Of a stretch of DNA of 64,000 nt, positions 18,709 to 26,700 are shown piece after piece. The stretch is taken from positions 5,761-69,760 of the forward strand of contig JAPKZJ010000011.1 of NCBI GenBank assembly GCA_026393855.1. The letters run 5' to 3'. Each line of letters starts with the position of its first letter. The stretch's first letter is position 1. A model generated the notes under the pieces. That model was not told where the DNA came from, ran no database searches, and saw only the letters and a list, made by a program, of their open reading frames with translations. This DNA comes from Candidatus Aminicenantes bacterium. GTDB lineage: Bacteria; Acidobacteriota; Aminicenantia; Aminicenantales; UBA4085. Made by a program: the position numbers and the translations under genes.

Positions 18709-18713
18709 GTCGA

Positions 18714-20168
18714 TTACAGTCCGACTTCGCGGTTGAAGTCCGCGATTAGCTTCTCGAAGGCGCCGATCTCGCCCGTGAACATCTCCTGCCAGAACTCGGG
18801 CTGCCACTGGGCGTTCAGATCCTCGATGGCCTTGCCCTGCTGCTCGACCCAGGTGAAATACTTGAGATTGTGGATCGCCTTGCGGTCGTGATAATTCAGT
18901 TCCTTGAACCAGTCGGCCCCCTGGTGCCCGATCACCGCGGCGTGATCCCGGGCGGCGTCTATTTCGCGGTAGGCGCCTTGGCTCTGGCGCAGCTCCTCGA
19001 GGCGTGAGCGATAGAGGTCGACCGAATCGGTGAAAATGGTGACGATCACGTCGTCCGTGCCCAGCTCGAAATAGCCCGCCGTTTTGATCGCGGCCAGCGT
19101 GTTGCAGATCCCCGAGATGCCCAGGAGCGACAGGCTCCGGCATTCGGCCTCCGCCATCCCCAGGCCCTGCAGATAGCGATGGCCGGCCTCTTCATTGAAG
19201 AGCCGCAGGAGGCGCATGCAGTCTTCGTCGTCGATCGCGGCTATGGCGTCGGTAGCGCGGACGTTGTGGACCCAGGGCACATGCTTGTCGCCGATGCCCT
19301 CGATGCGATGGCCGCCGAAGCCGTTCATGAACAGCGTCGGGCACTGCCGCGCCTCGGTGGCGACGACGCGCAATTGGGGATGGAGGGTCTTGAGGTAGTC
19401 TCCCACGGCGATGGTTCCGGCCGAGCCGGTCGCGGACACGAAAGCGGCCAGGCGGCCTCGCTCCGGTCGGTGGGCCTCAAAGACCTCCTGGGCCGCGGGG
19501 CCGGTCACTTGGTAATGGAAGATGGGATTCCCGAATTCGGCGAACTGGTTGAAGATCATGTTCAGGGGATCGGCGGCCAGCTCATTGCACTTGTCGTAGA
19601 TCTCCTTGACGTTGGACTCGCAGCCCGGTGTCGCGATAACCTCGGCCCCGATCTCGCGCAGCCAATCGAAGCGCTCTTGGGACATCTCTTCGGGGAGGAT
19701 GGCCACGGCCCGGCAGCCGAGCAGGGCGCAATCGAAGGCGCCGCCGCGGCAGAAGTTGCCGGTCGACGGCCAAACCGCCTTATGGATTTCCGGATCGAAC
19801 TCGCCCGAGGCCAGCCGCGGCACGAGGCAGCCGAAGGCGGCCCCGACCTTGTGAGCCCCGGTGGGGAAGTGCTTGCCGACCAGGCCGACGACGCGCGCTT
19901 TGATTCCGGTGACGGCGGGCGGCAGCTCCAGGGCGTTGACGGGGCCGTAAAGCCCCGTTTTCACATCGTTCTTCCAACTGATGCGGTAGAGATTGAGCGG
20001 ATGGACTTCGTTCATGCCCAGGCCGGGCAGTTTGGCCCGGATGGAGGCGGGTATTTTTTCCGGGTTGCGGAGCTCCGCAAACGAAGGGATGACGATGCCG
20101 CGCTCGCGGCAGCGGGCCGCCGTCTTGCGCCGGACCGTCTCGTCGATCTGCTTGATGATTTTCGACAT
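18714..20168 (-). CDS. PLP-dependent fold-type II enzyme (cysteine synthase / lyase-like) with long C-terminal extension
   Basis: Probable start MSKIIKQIDE at 20168 (the ORF track extends to 20441 across the ygeW 3' end). Putative PLP-lysine block FPTGAHKVGAAF. 484 aa. Last gene of the 13-kb operon. Confidence 0.65.
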   Translation of the reverse strand: MSKIIKQIDETVRRKTAARCRERGIVIPSFAELRNPEKIPASIRAKLPGLGMNEVHPLNLYRISWKNDVKTGLYGPVNALELPPAVTGIKARVVGLVGKHFPTGAHKVGAAFGCLVPRLASGEFDPEIHKAVWPSTGNFCRGGAFDCALLGCRAVAILPEEMSQERFDWLREIGAEVIATPGCESNVKEIYDKCNELAADPLNMIFNQFAEFGNPIFHYQVTGPAAQEVFEAHRPERGRLAAFVSATGSAGTIAVGDYLKTLHPQLRVVATEARQCPTLFMNGFGGHRIEGIGDKHVPWVHNVRATDAIAAIDDEDCMRLLRLFNEEAGHRYLQGLGMAEAECRSLSLLGISGICNTLAAIKTAGYFELGTDDVIVTIFTDSVDLYRSRLEELRQSQGAYREIDAARDHAAVIGHQGADWFKELNYHDRKAIHNLKYFTWVEQQGKAIEDLNAQWQPEFWQEMFTGEIGAFEKLIADFNREVGL

Positions 20169-20176
20169 CGGGTACC

Positions 20177-21370
20177 TCAACGGATGCGCGGCGTCGCCGC
20201 GTCGGCCAGTCGGAGCAGCGACGCTTGCGGGTCCGGCATGCGAGTCAGGAAGATCAGGGCGGCGATGACAAAGGGCTTCCACGATGCTTCGTGGTAGGTC
20301 TCCAGCCGGTAGCGCTCGAAGACCTCCCGGCTCACTTCCCCCTGCGGGCAGGACACGCCGCTGATGTCCGCCGGGAGACAGTGCATATAGAGGGCCGATC
20401 CGCCGGCCGTGCGCTTCATCAGGGCTTCGTCGCAGGACCACGCTTTATGGCGGGCATTCTCTTCCAGGCCTTCTTTTTCGAGCGCCTGCAGTCCCGCCCG
20501 GTCCGTGTTTCGCAGCAGCTCGGTGCGCCGCTTGGCGATTCGCATCGGCGTCCAGGACTTGGGATAGACGATCTCGGAGCCGTCGAAGGCCTCGGCCATG
20601 TTGTGGCTGACCCGGAAGGCGCCTCCGGCGGAGGCAGCCCCCCGCTTGGCTTCGTCCATCACCTCGGGCAGCAGGTCGTAGCCTTCGGGATGGGCCAGCG
20701 TCACGTCCATCCCCAAGCGGGGGAGGAGGCCGATCAGGCCCTGCGGCACGGAGAGAGGCTTGCCGTAGCTCGGCGAGTAGGCCCAGGAAATGACGAACTT
20801 CCGGCCGCGTAGCCCGGCGAGCCCGCCGAAGCGCCGTTCGAGATGCAGCAGATCGGCCAGCGTCTGGGTTGGATGGTCGATGTCGCACTGCAGGTTGATC
20901 ACCGACGGGCGCCGCGAAAGTGCGCCCTGCTCGTATCCCTCTTGCAGGGCCGCGGCGAAGTCGCGCATATAGCGATGGCCTTCGCCCAGGTAGATATCGT
21001 CGCGGATGCCGACGGCCTCGGCCAGGAAAGAGATCATGACGGCCGTCTCGCGGGTCGTCTCGCCGTGGGCGATCTGGGACTTGGCCTCGTCCAGGTCGGA
21101 CAGCGTCAGGCCGAGCGCATTGGCGGCCGAAGCGAAGCTGAAGCGGGTGCGGGTAGACTGGTCGCGGAAGATCGAGACGGCCAATCCCGTGTCGAAGAGA
21201 CGCAGCGACCGGCCCGCTTCGTGGAGCGTCCGCAGGCATTGGGCCGTGAGCAAGATCGAGCGGATCTCTTCGAGCGAATGCTCCCAAGTCAGCAGAAAGT
21301 CGCGATTGGCGAGATCGGCCTGCAGCCCGGCCAATTCGCGCAGTCTATCGTCTAATGTCGGTTCGTTCAT
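20177..21370 (-). CDS. ygeW: YgeW-type knotted carbamoyltransferase
   Basis: 397 aa from MNEPTLDD (21370). Near-colinear similarity to my recollection of E. coli YgeW: FLLTWE, SIFRDQSTRTRFSF, KSQIAHGET, NLQCDIDHPTQ, WAYSPSYGKPLSVPQG, MHCLPADISGVSC and YHEASWKP. Confidence 0.9.
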   Translation of the reverse strand: MNEPTLDDRLRELAGLQADLANRDFLLTWEHSLEEIRSILLTAQCLRTLHEAGRSLRLFDTGLAVSIFRDQSTRTRFSFASAANALGLTLSDLDEAKSQIAHGETTRETAVMISFLAEAVGIRDDIYLGEGHRYMRDFAAALQEGYEQGALSRRPSVINLQCDIDHPTQTLADLLHLERRFGGLAGLRGRKFVISWAYSPSYGKPLSVPQGLIGLLPRLGMDVTLAHPEGYDLLPEVMDEAKRGAASAGGAFRVSHNMAEAFDGSEIVYPKSWTPMRIAKRRTELLRNTDRAGLQALEKEGLEENARHKAWSCDEALMKRTAGGSALYMHCLPADISGVSCPQGEVSREVFERYRLETYHEASWKPFVIAALIFLTRMPDPQASLLRLADAATPRIR

Positions 21371-21380
21371 GCAGGCACTC

Positions 21381-21863
21381 CTATTTCCGGTAGCTCGGGG
21401 CGGCGGCCAGGATGGCGTCGATGATCTGCTGGTAGCCGGTGCAGCGGCAGAGATTGGCCGAGATCGATTTGCGCACATCGACGCGGCTCGGCTCGGGGTG
21501 CTTCAGCAGGAAGGCGTGGGCGGTGAGGACCATGCCCGGCGTGCAGAAGCCGCATTGGATGGCGCCGTGATCGATAAAGGCCTGTTGCAGGGGATGCAGG
21601 CCGCCGTCCGCCGGTGCCAATCCCTCGATGGTCGTCAGGCCGTGTCCGAGGACATCGGCGACGAGGGTGCGGCAGGCGCGCAGCGGCTTGTTGTCGACCA
21701 GGATGGTGCAGGCCCCACAGGCGCCTATGCCGCAGCCGCGCTTGGCGCCGGTCAGGTCCAGGTCTTCACGCAGGTAGGTTAGAAGGCTCTTGCGCCGGTC
21801 GCGGGCCGAAACGCGCAGACTGCGGCCGTTGATGACGAGATCGTGTGCGGCGGCTGACTTCAT
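21381..21863 (-). CDS. [2Fe-2S]-binding small subunit of a molybdenum hydroxylase
   Basis: 160 aa. Motifs GCGIGACGACT, GFCTPG and CRCTGY. ATGA overlap with the upstream large subunit. Confidence 0.9.
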   Translation of the reverse strand: MKSAAAHDLVINGRSLRVSARDRRKSLLTYLREDLDLTGAKRGCGIGACGACTILVDNKPLRACRTLVADVLGHGLTTIEGLAPADGGLHPLQQAFIDHGAIQCGFCTPGMVLTAHAFLLKHPEPSRVDVRKSISANLCRCTGYQQIIDAILAAAPSYRK

Positions 21864-24112
21864 TTCTCACCGCCGATGGGCAGCTCGAAACGACGCCGCC
21901 CGGTGGCGTGATAATAGGCGTTGGCGATGGCCGGGGCCATCAGCTCGTTGGCCGGTTCGCCGATGCTCTTGGCGCCCGAGGGCGACAGGGGATCGCGGTT
22001 TTCCACGATGATGGCGGTCATCTCCGGCAGGTCAATCGAGCGCGGGATATGGTAGGTGTCGAAGTTGAGCGATCGCAACCTCCCCCCGTCCATCGCCACC
22101 GTCTCGAAAAGGCCGTATCCGGCGCCCATGGCCATGCCGCCGTAGAATTGGCCGAGAAGCGCCGCTCGGTTGACGGCCCGGCCGACGTCGTGCGCGGCCC
22201 AGGCGTTGAGCAGGCGGATGCGGCCCGTGCGGCGGCCGACCGTGAGCTCCACCGCCTGGCAGCCGTAAACCCAAGTGAAGTAGGCCTTCCCTTGGCCGCA
22301 GGATTCGTCCCAATCCACTCGCGGCGCGGGGAAGACGCCGAGGGCGTAGGGGTATTTCTGATCTCGGTAGCGGCGCCGCGCCGCCTCGACGAAGTCGACG
22401 TCCCGCCCATCGGGCGCGATCAGGCGGCCGCCGATAAAGCGAACCGTCTCCGGACTACAGCCGAGCTCGTCGGCGACGGCCCCGGCCATCTGCAGGCGCA
22501 CCGTCGCCGCGGCACGGCTGACCGCGCCTCCGCCCATAATCGTCGCCCGCGAGGCGACCGTGGTGCCGCTGTCGGGCACCGACGAGGTCGATGATGGACG
22601 GTAAACGATGCGGCTGCGGTCGAGGCCAAGTTCCTCGGCCAGAAGCAGGATCATGGCGCTCTCGGCGCCTTGCCCGTTCTCGTGGATGCCCGTCTCGAGC
22701 AGGACCGACCCGTCGAACTGGACGCTGACCACAGCGGCGCAGAAATCCGTGCCTTCGGCGCCGAGGCTGACGCCGCGGTAGCTTATAGCCAGGCCGATGC
22801 CGTAATAGTCGTCCTCGCCGCAGCCGCGGGACGAGCGCTTCAGCTTGTCCTCGTAGCCGCTTGCGGCCAGGACGCGATCGAAGACCTCGGACAGGCTGAC
22901 GGCGTGGCCGTCGAGGACCTGTCCGGTAATCGTAGGGCTTCCCTGGCGGACCATGTTGCGCCGGCGGAATTCAACACCGGAGAGGCCCGCCTTTTCGGCC
23001 GCCATCTCGGCGAGCTGTTCCACGGCGAAATTCACTTGGGGCGAGCCGAAGCCGCGCATGGCGCCGGTGAAGACGTGATTGGTATAGACGCTCGACACTT
23101 CCCCGTCGACGTTGGGGACAACGTAGGGGCCGCAGCACTGCACGGTCGAACGCCAGGTCACCCAGGGCGAGACGGAGCAATAGGCCCCGCCGTCGGCGAT
23201 CATGCGGCAGTGAACGGCGCGGATGAGCCCGTCGGCGCCGACGCCCATGCGGTAGCGCATGAGGTAGGGGTGCCTCTTATAGCTCTCGCGCATCGACCAC
23301 TCGCGGTCGTAGGTCATCTTGACCGGCCGCCCCGTGAGCTGCGCGGCCAAGGCCGTCCGGGCGCAGATGAGCGCCGCCGTGTCGTCCTTGCCGCCGAAGC
23401 CGCCGCCCATGGGCGTGCCCACGACCTCGATCCGGGCCAGGGGCAGGCCGAGCAAATCGGCTACGAAGCGGCGGGTGGAATACGGATGCTGCATGCTGCC
23501 GCGCACCTCGACGACACCGTCGTCGCGCACCCGGCAGAGCGCGGCTTCCGGCTCGAGATAGCCGTGCTCGATAAAGGGGGTCCGGAATTCTTGCTCGATG
23601 ACAAAAGCCGATTCGGCCAAGCCGGCGTCGATGTCGCCCCGGCGGATGACATGGCGGTGGATGAGGTTTGTACCGTGTTCCTCGTGGACGAGCGGGGCGC
23701 CCGGGGTCAGAGCCGCTTCGGGGTCGAGGACTTCGGGCAGGGGCTCGGCCTGGACTTTCACAAGGCGAGCTGCGGCGAGGGCTTGCGCCCGGGTTTCGGC
23801 TACGACGATGGCGACCACGTCGCCGTGATAGCGGATCTTGTCGTCGGCCAGGACATGGAGGTCCTTTAAGATCTGGCCGGCCCGGTTGTTTCCGGGGATG
23901 TCCCGGGCGGTAAGGACGCGCACGACGCCCTTGGATTTGGCCGCGGCTTTGGTGTCCACCGCGATCAGCTTGGCGTGGACGAAGTCGCCGTAGACCGGAA
24001 CGGCGTGGAGCATGCCCGGCAGCTTGAGGTCGTCGGTGTATCGAGTCCGCCCCGTCACCTTGGCCGCGGCGTCGTTTCTCCAGGCTTTATCTTTCAGTTC
24101 GTCCATAGGCAC
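21860..24112 (-). CDS. Molybdopterin-binding large subunit of a xanthine-dehydrogenase-family hydroxylase (second paralogue)
   Basis: 750 aa. N-terminal a/b-hammerhead (AKVTGRTRYTDD) and MoCo-binding domains. No FAD-subunit gene is adjacent. Confidence 0.85.
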   Translation of the reverse strand: MPMDELKDKAWRNDAAAKVTGRTRYTDDLKLPGMLHAVPVYGDFVHAKLIAVDTKAAAKSKGVVRVLTARDIPGNNRAGQILKDLHVLADDKIRYHGDVVAIVVAETRAQALAAARLVKVQAEPLPEVLDPEAALTPGAPLVHEEHGTNLIHRHVIRRGDIDAGLAESAFVIEQEFRTPFIEHGYLEPEAALCRVRDDGVVEVRGSMQHPYSTRRFVADLLGLPLARIEVVGTPMGGGFGGKDDTAALICARTALAAQLTGRPVKMTYDREWSMRESYKRHPYLMRYRMGVGADGLIRAVHCRMIADGGAYCSVSPWVTWRSTVQCCGPYVVPNVDGEVSSVYTNHVFTGAMRGFGSPQVNFAVEQLAEMAAEKAGLSGVEFRRRNMVRQGSPTITGQVLDGHAVSLSEVFDRVLAASGYEDKLKRSSRGCGEDDYYGIGLAISYRGVSLGAEGTDFCAAVVSVQFDGSVLLETGIHENGQGAESAMILLLAEELGLDRSRIVYRPSSTSSVPDSGTTVASRATIMGGGAVSRAAATVRLQMAGAVADELGCSPETVRFIGGRLIAPDGRDVDFVEAARRRYRDQKYPYALGVFPAPRVDWDESCGQGKAYFTWVYGCQAVELTVGRRTGRIRLLNAWAAHDVGRAVNRAALLGQFYGGMAMGAGYGLFETVAMDGGRLRSLNFDTYHIPRSIDLPEMTAIIVENRDPLSPSGAKSIGEPANELMAPAIANAYYHATGRRRFELPIGGEK

Positions 24113-25464
24113 CTGCCCGAGGGCGCTTCCGCCCTCGCCCTCTCGCCATCGGTCACCAGCGGCCGGCCTCGCAGGAAGAGATGGCGCAGTCGCAGCGGGC
24201 TGCTGAACCCAGGGTAGGTCTCCGAGCTGCCGGCGTTGCCCGAAGACAGAGGTTCCTCTCGGTCCGTCAACTCGAACACCGCTACATCCGCGTCCAGGCC
24301 GGGATCCAGCGCGCCTTTGCGCGCCTCAAGCCCGGCCAGGCGGGCCGGATGCGCAGCCAGGCGCAGGCTCATCTCGGCGAAGGCCCGCTCCGGCCGCTCT
24401 TGATCCAGGGCGAAGGCCAGTCGCGGCAGGGAGCCGATTCCGGCCAGGCCCATGGGCGCGGCGGTCAGGTCGTCCCGGCCGCGATCTTTATCATCGACGG
24501 AAAATGCGCAGTGGTCGGTGGCGTAGGTGTCGAAGGCCCCCGCATGGGCCATTTCGCGCAGGCGGGCGACGCGGGCCGGGTCGCGAAGCGGCGGCGTGCA
24601 GAGCCAACGATGGCCGTCCTTGCGCCGAAGCCAGGAGTCGTCGAGAAATATATAATGGGGGGCCGTCTCGCAAGAGAGGCGCGCTCCCGCCCGCATCCGA
24701 TCCCCGGCGCGAAGGATGGCTTCCGCGGCTTCCGGCGTCGAGACGTGCACGATGTGGAACCAAACCCCGGTCGAGGCCGCGATTTCGGCCACGCGCTCGA
24801 CTGCCTTCAGCTCGGCCTCGGGCGGCCGAAGCCGGGCATGGTCCGCGGCGCGAAGAGGCGATCCCGACGCGACTTTCGCCTTGGCTCGGATCAGGACGTC
24901 CTCATCCTCGGCGTGAACCAGGATGCGCGCGCCGCCCGGCCCCAAACGCTCGGCAATCTCTTGCAGCCTCGCGTATGACGTGTAGAGGCCGTTCTCGCGG
25001 TAGGTCGTGTAAAATTTAAAGGTGCGCCGGCCCGATTCCAAGTGATGGAGGATTTCCGTCCAATCGGCTTCCGAGAAGCGGGTCGGAGTCAGGTGCCAGA
25101 GATAGTCGCAGAAAGAATGTCCGGCGGCCCGACCGGCAGCGCGCTCGACGGCCGCGGCCAGGGATTCCTCCGGCCTCTGGATGATAAAGCCGCCCAGGGT
25201 CGTGATCCCTGCAGCGGCCGCGGTGCGGCTGCCGCTTTCCCAGGTGTCCGCGAGCCGATAGCGCCCGATGACGTCGTCGATGTGCACGTGCAGGTCGATG
25301 AGCCCCGGCAGCACGTGGCAGCCGCCGGCCTCGACGACGCGGGCGCCTCCGGCCAGGCCGCGGCAGTCGCCGACGGCGGCGATGAGGCCGTCTTCGATCA
25401 GGACGTCACCCGGAGCCTTTTGGCCTCGCGAATAAATCGTCCCGCCGCGGAGAAGGGTCTTCAT
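24094..25464 (-). CDS. hyuA: HyuA-like cyclic amidohydrolase (hydantoinase / dihydropyrimidinase family)
   Basis: 456 aa. Motifs PGLIDLHVHID, FKFYTTY, VHAED and ATDHCAF line up with my recollection of E. coli HyuA (FKLYLTY, VHPEN, ATDHCTF). GGAGG RBS. Confidence 0.7.
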   Translation of the reverse strand: MKTLLRGGTIYSRGQKAPGDVLIEDGLIAAVGDCRGLAGGARVVEAGGCHVLPGLIDLHVHIDDVIGRYRLADTWESGSRTAAAAGITTLGGFIIQRPEESLAAAVERAAGRAAGHSFCDYLWHLTPTRFSEADWTEILHHLESGRRTFKFYTTYRENGLYTSYARLQEIAERLGPGGARILVHAEDEDVLIRAKAKVASGSPLRAADHARLRPPEAELKAVERVAEIAASTGVWFHIVHVSTPEAAEAILRAGDRMRAGARLSCETAPHYIFLDDSWLRRKDGHRWLCTPPLRDPARVARLREMAHAGAFDTYATDHCAFSVDDKDRGRDDLTAAPMGLAGIGSLPRLAFALDQERPERAFAEMSLRLAAHPARLAGLEARKGALDPGLDADVAVFELTDREEPLSSGNAGSSETYPGFSSPLRLRHLFLRGRPLVTDGERARAEAPSGRCLWTN

Positions 25465-26691
25465 CTATGCCTCCGCCGGCTCCTCGGGCAGGGCCGCGAG
25501 ATCGGCGGGAATCGCCTCGGGGATGCGCAGCCGCGCCAGCGGAGCCTCGATGTCCTTCAGGCCGTGTCCGGTGACGAGCAGAACAATCTGCCAGGCGGGA
25601 TCGAGCCGTTCCCGGGCTTCGTCGGAGAGGAGCGCCGCTGCGGCCGCCGCCGCCGCCGGCTCGGCAAAGATTCCGGTGTGGTCGGCCAGCAGAGTCTGCG
25701 CCTCCATGATGCGTTCGTCGCTGACCGTCAGCGAGAAGCCGCCGCTCTCCTGTACGGCGCGGCGCGCAAGGTCCGGGTTGCTCGGCACCGAGACCGAGAT
25801 CGAATCGGCGATGGTCGAGGGGGACGCGGCGGGCCGGAAAGACCCGTTGACGATGAAGTCGTGGATCGCGGCCGATGACTCGGCTTGCACGGCGACGAGG
25901 CGCGGCAAGCGGTCGCAGAGCCCCGCGGCGCGCAAGTCGCGGAAGGCTTTGTGAATGCCGCTGATGATGACGCCGTCTCCGACCGGAACTACGATGGCGT
26001 CAGGGACCCGAAGCCCGTTTTGAGCAAAAATCTCCAGGCCGGCGGTCTTCTTGCCTTCGATCGTCAACGGGTGATAAGCGGTGTTGCGGTTCAGGCCGCC
26101 GCGAAGCCGGGTGTATTCGAGCGATAGGCGGAAGGCGTCGTCGTAGCTGCCGCGCACCGGGAGGACCCGGGCGCCGCAAATGAGCATCTGGACCAGCTTG
26201 GCCCGGGGCGCCGATTGGGGGACGAAGATGACCGCTCGGCGACCCGCGGCGGCGCAGACCGCGGCCAGGGAGCTCGCGGCGTTGCCGGTCGAGGCGCAGA
26301 CGACGGTGCTCTCGTTCAGGCGCGCCGCTTCGGCGACGACCAGAAACGAGGCCCGGTCCTTGAGCGAGCCGCTGGGGTTGAGGCCGTCGTTTTTGATCCA
26401 AAGATCGGTCCAGCCCAGGCGCTCGCCCAGCCGCGGGGCAGGAGCAAAGGGCGTGTTTCCCGCCGGGTAGGCGGGGTAGTACTCACGCTCGACCGGCGAA
26501 AAAAGATCCCAGTCGGGCCGCGAAGGCTCGAAGCTCCGGGCAATGCGATCGTAATCGAAATCGACCTCGAGCACGCCGCAGAGCGGCATCCCCGGCACGT
26601 ATTCCCGCCCGCAGTCGAGGCAGAGATAGCGGACCTCGTCCCGGGCATAGGTCCGGCCGCAGCGGCTGCAGCGATATTGGAATTCGGTCAT
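25465..26691 (-). CDS. Threonine-synthase-like PLP enzyme with N-terminal 4-Cys zinc ribbon
   Basis: 408 aa. N-terminal CSRCGRTY..YLCLDCG. PLP-lysine block NPSGSLKDRAS. STGNAA motif. Confidence 0.7.
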   Translation of the reverse strand: MTEFQYRCSRCGRTYARDEVRYLCLDCGREYVPGMPLCGVLEVDFDYDRIARSFEPSRPDWDLFSPVEREYYPAYPAGNTPFAPAPRLGERLGWTDLWIKNDGLNPSGSLKDRASFLVVAEAARLNESTVVCASTGNAASSLAAVCAAAGRRAVIFVPQSAPRAKLVQMLICGARVLPVRGSYDDAFRLSLEYTRLRGGLNRNTAYHPLTIEGKKTAGLEIFAQNGLRVPDAIVVPVGDGVIISGIHKAFRDLRAAGLCDRLPRLVAVQAESSAAIHDFIVNGSFRPAASPSTIADSISVSVPSNPDLARRAVQESGGFSLTVSDERIMEAQTLLADHTGIFAEPAAAAAAAALLSDEARERLDPAWQIVLLVTGHGLKDIEAPLARLRIPEAIPADLAALPEEPAEA

Positions 26692-26700
26692 GATGGGGGG

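Noticed and set aside
18714-20441. Long N-terminal extensions in the ORF track: 18714..20441, 20177..21478, 29255..31921, 31448..32389, 40829..42070, 46543..48138, 48390..50048, 50209..52050, 56087..58741
   Set aside because: The extensions overlap the 3' ends of upstream genes and are Arg/Pro-rich. Internal ATGs preceded by RBS-like sequences give N-termini that match the respective families, so I used the shorter coordinates.
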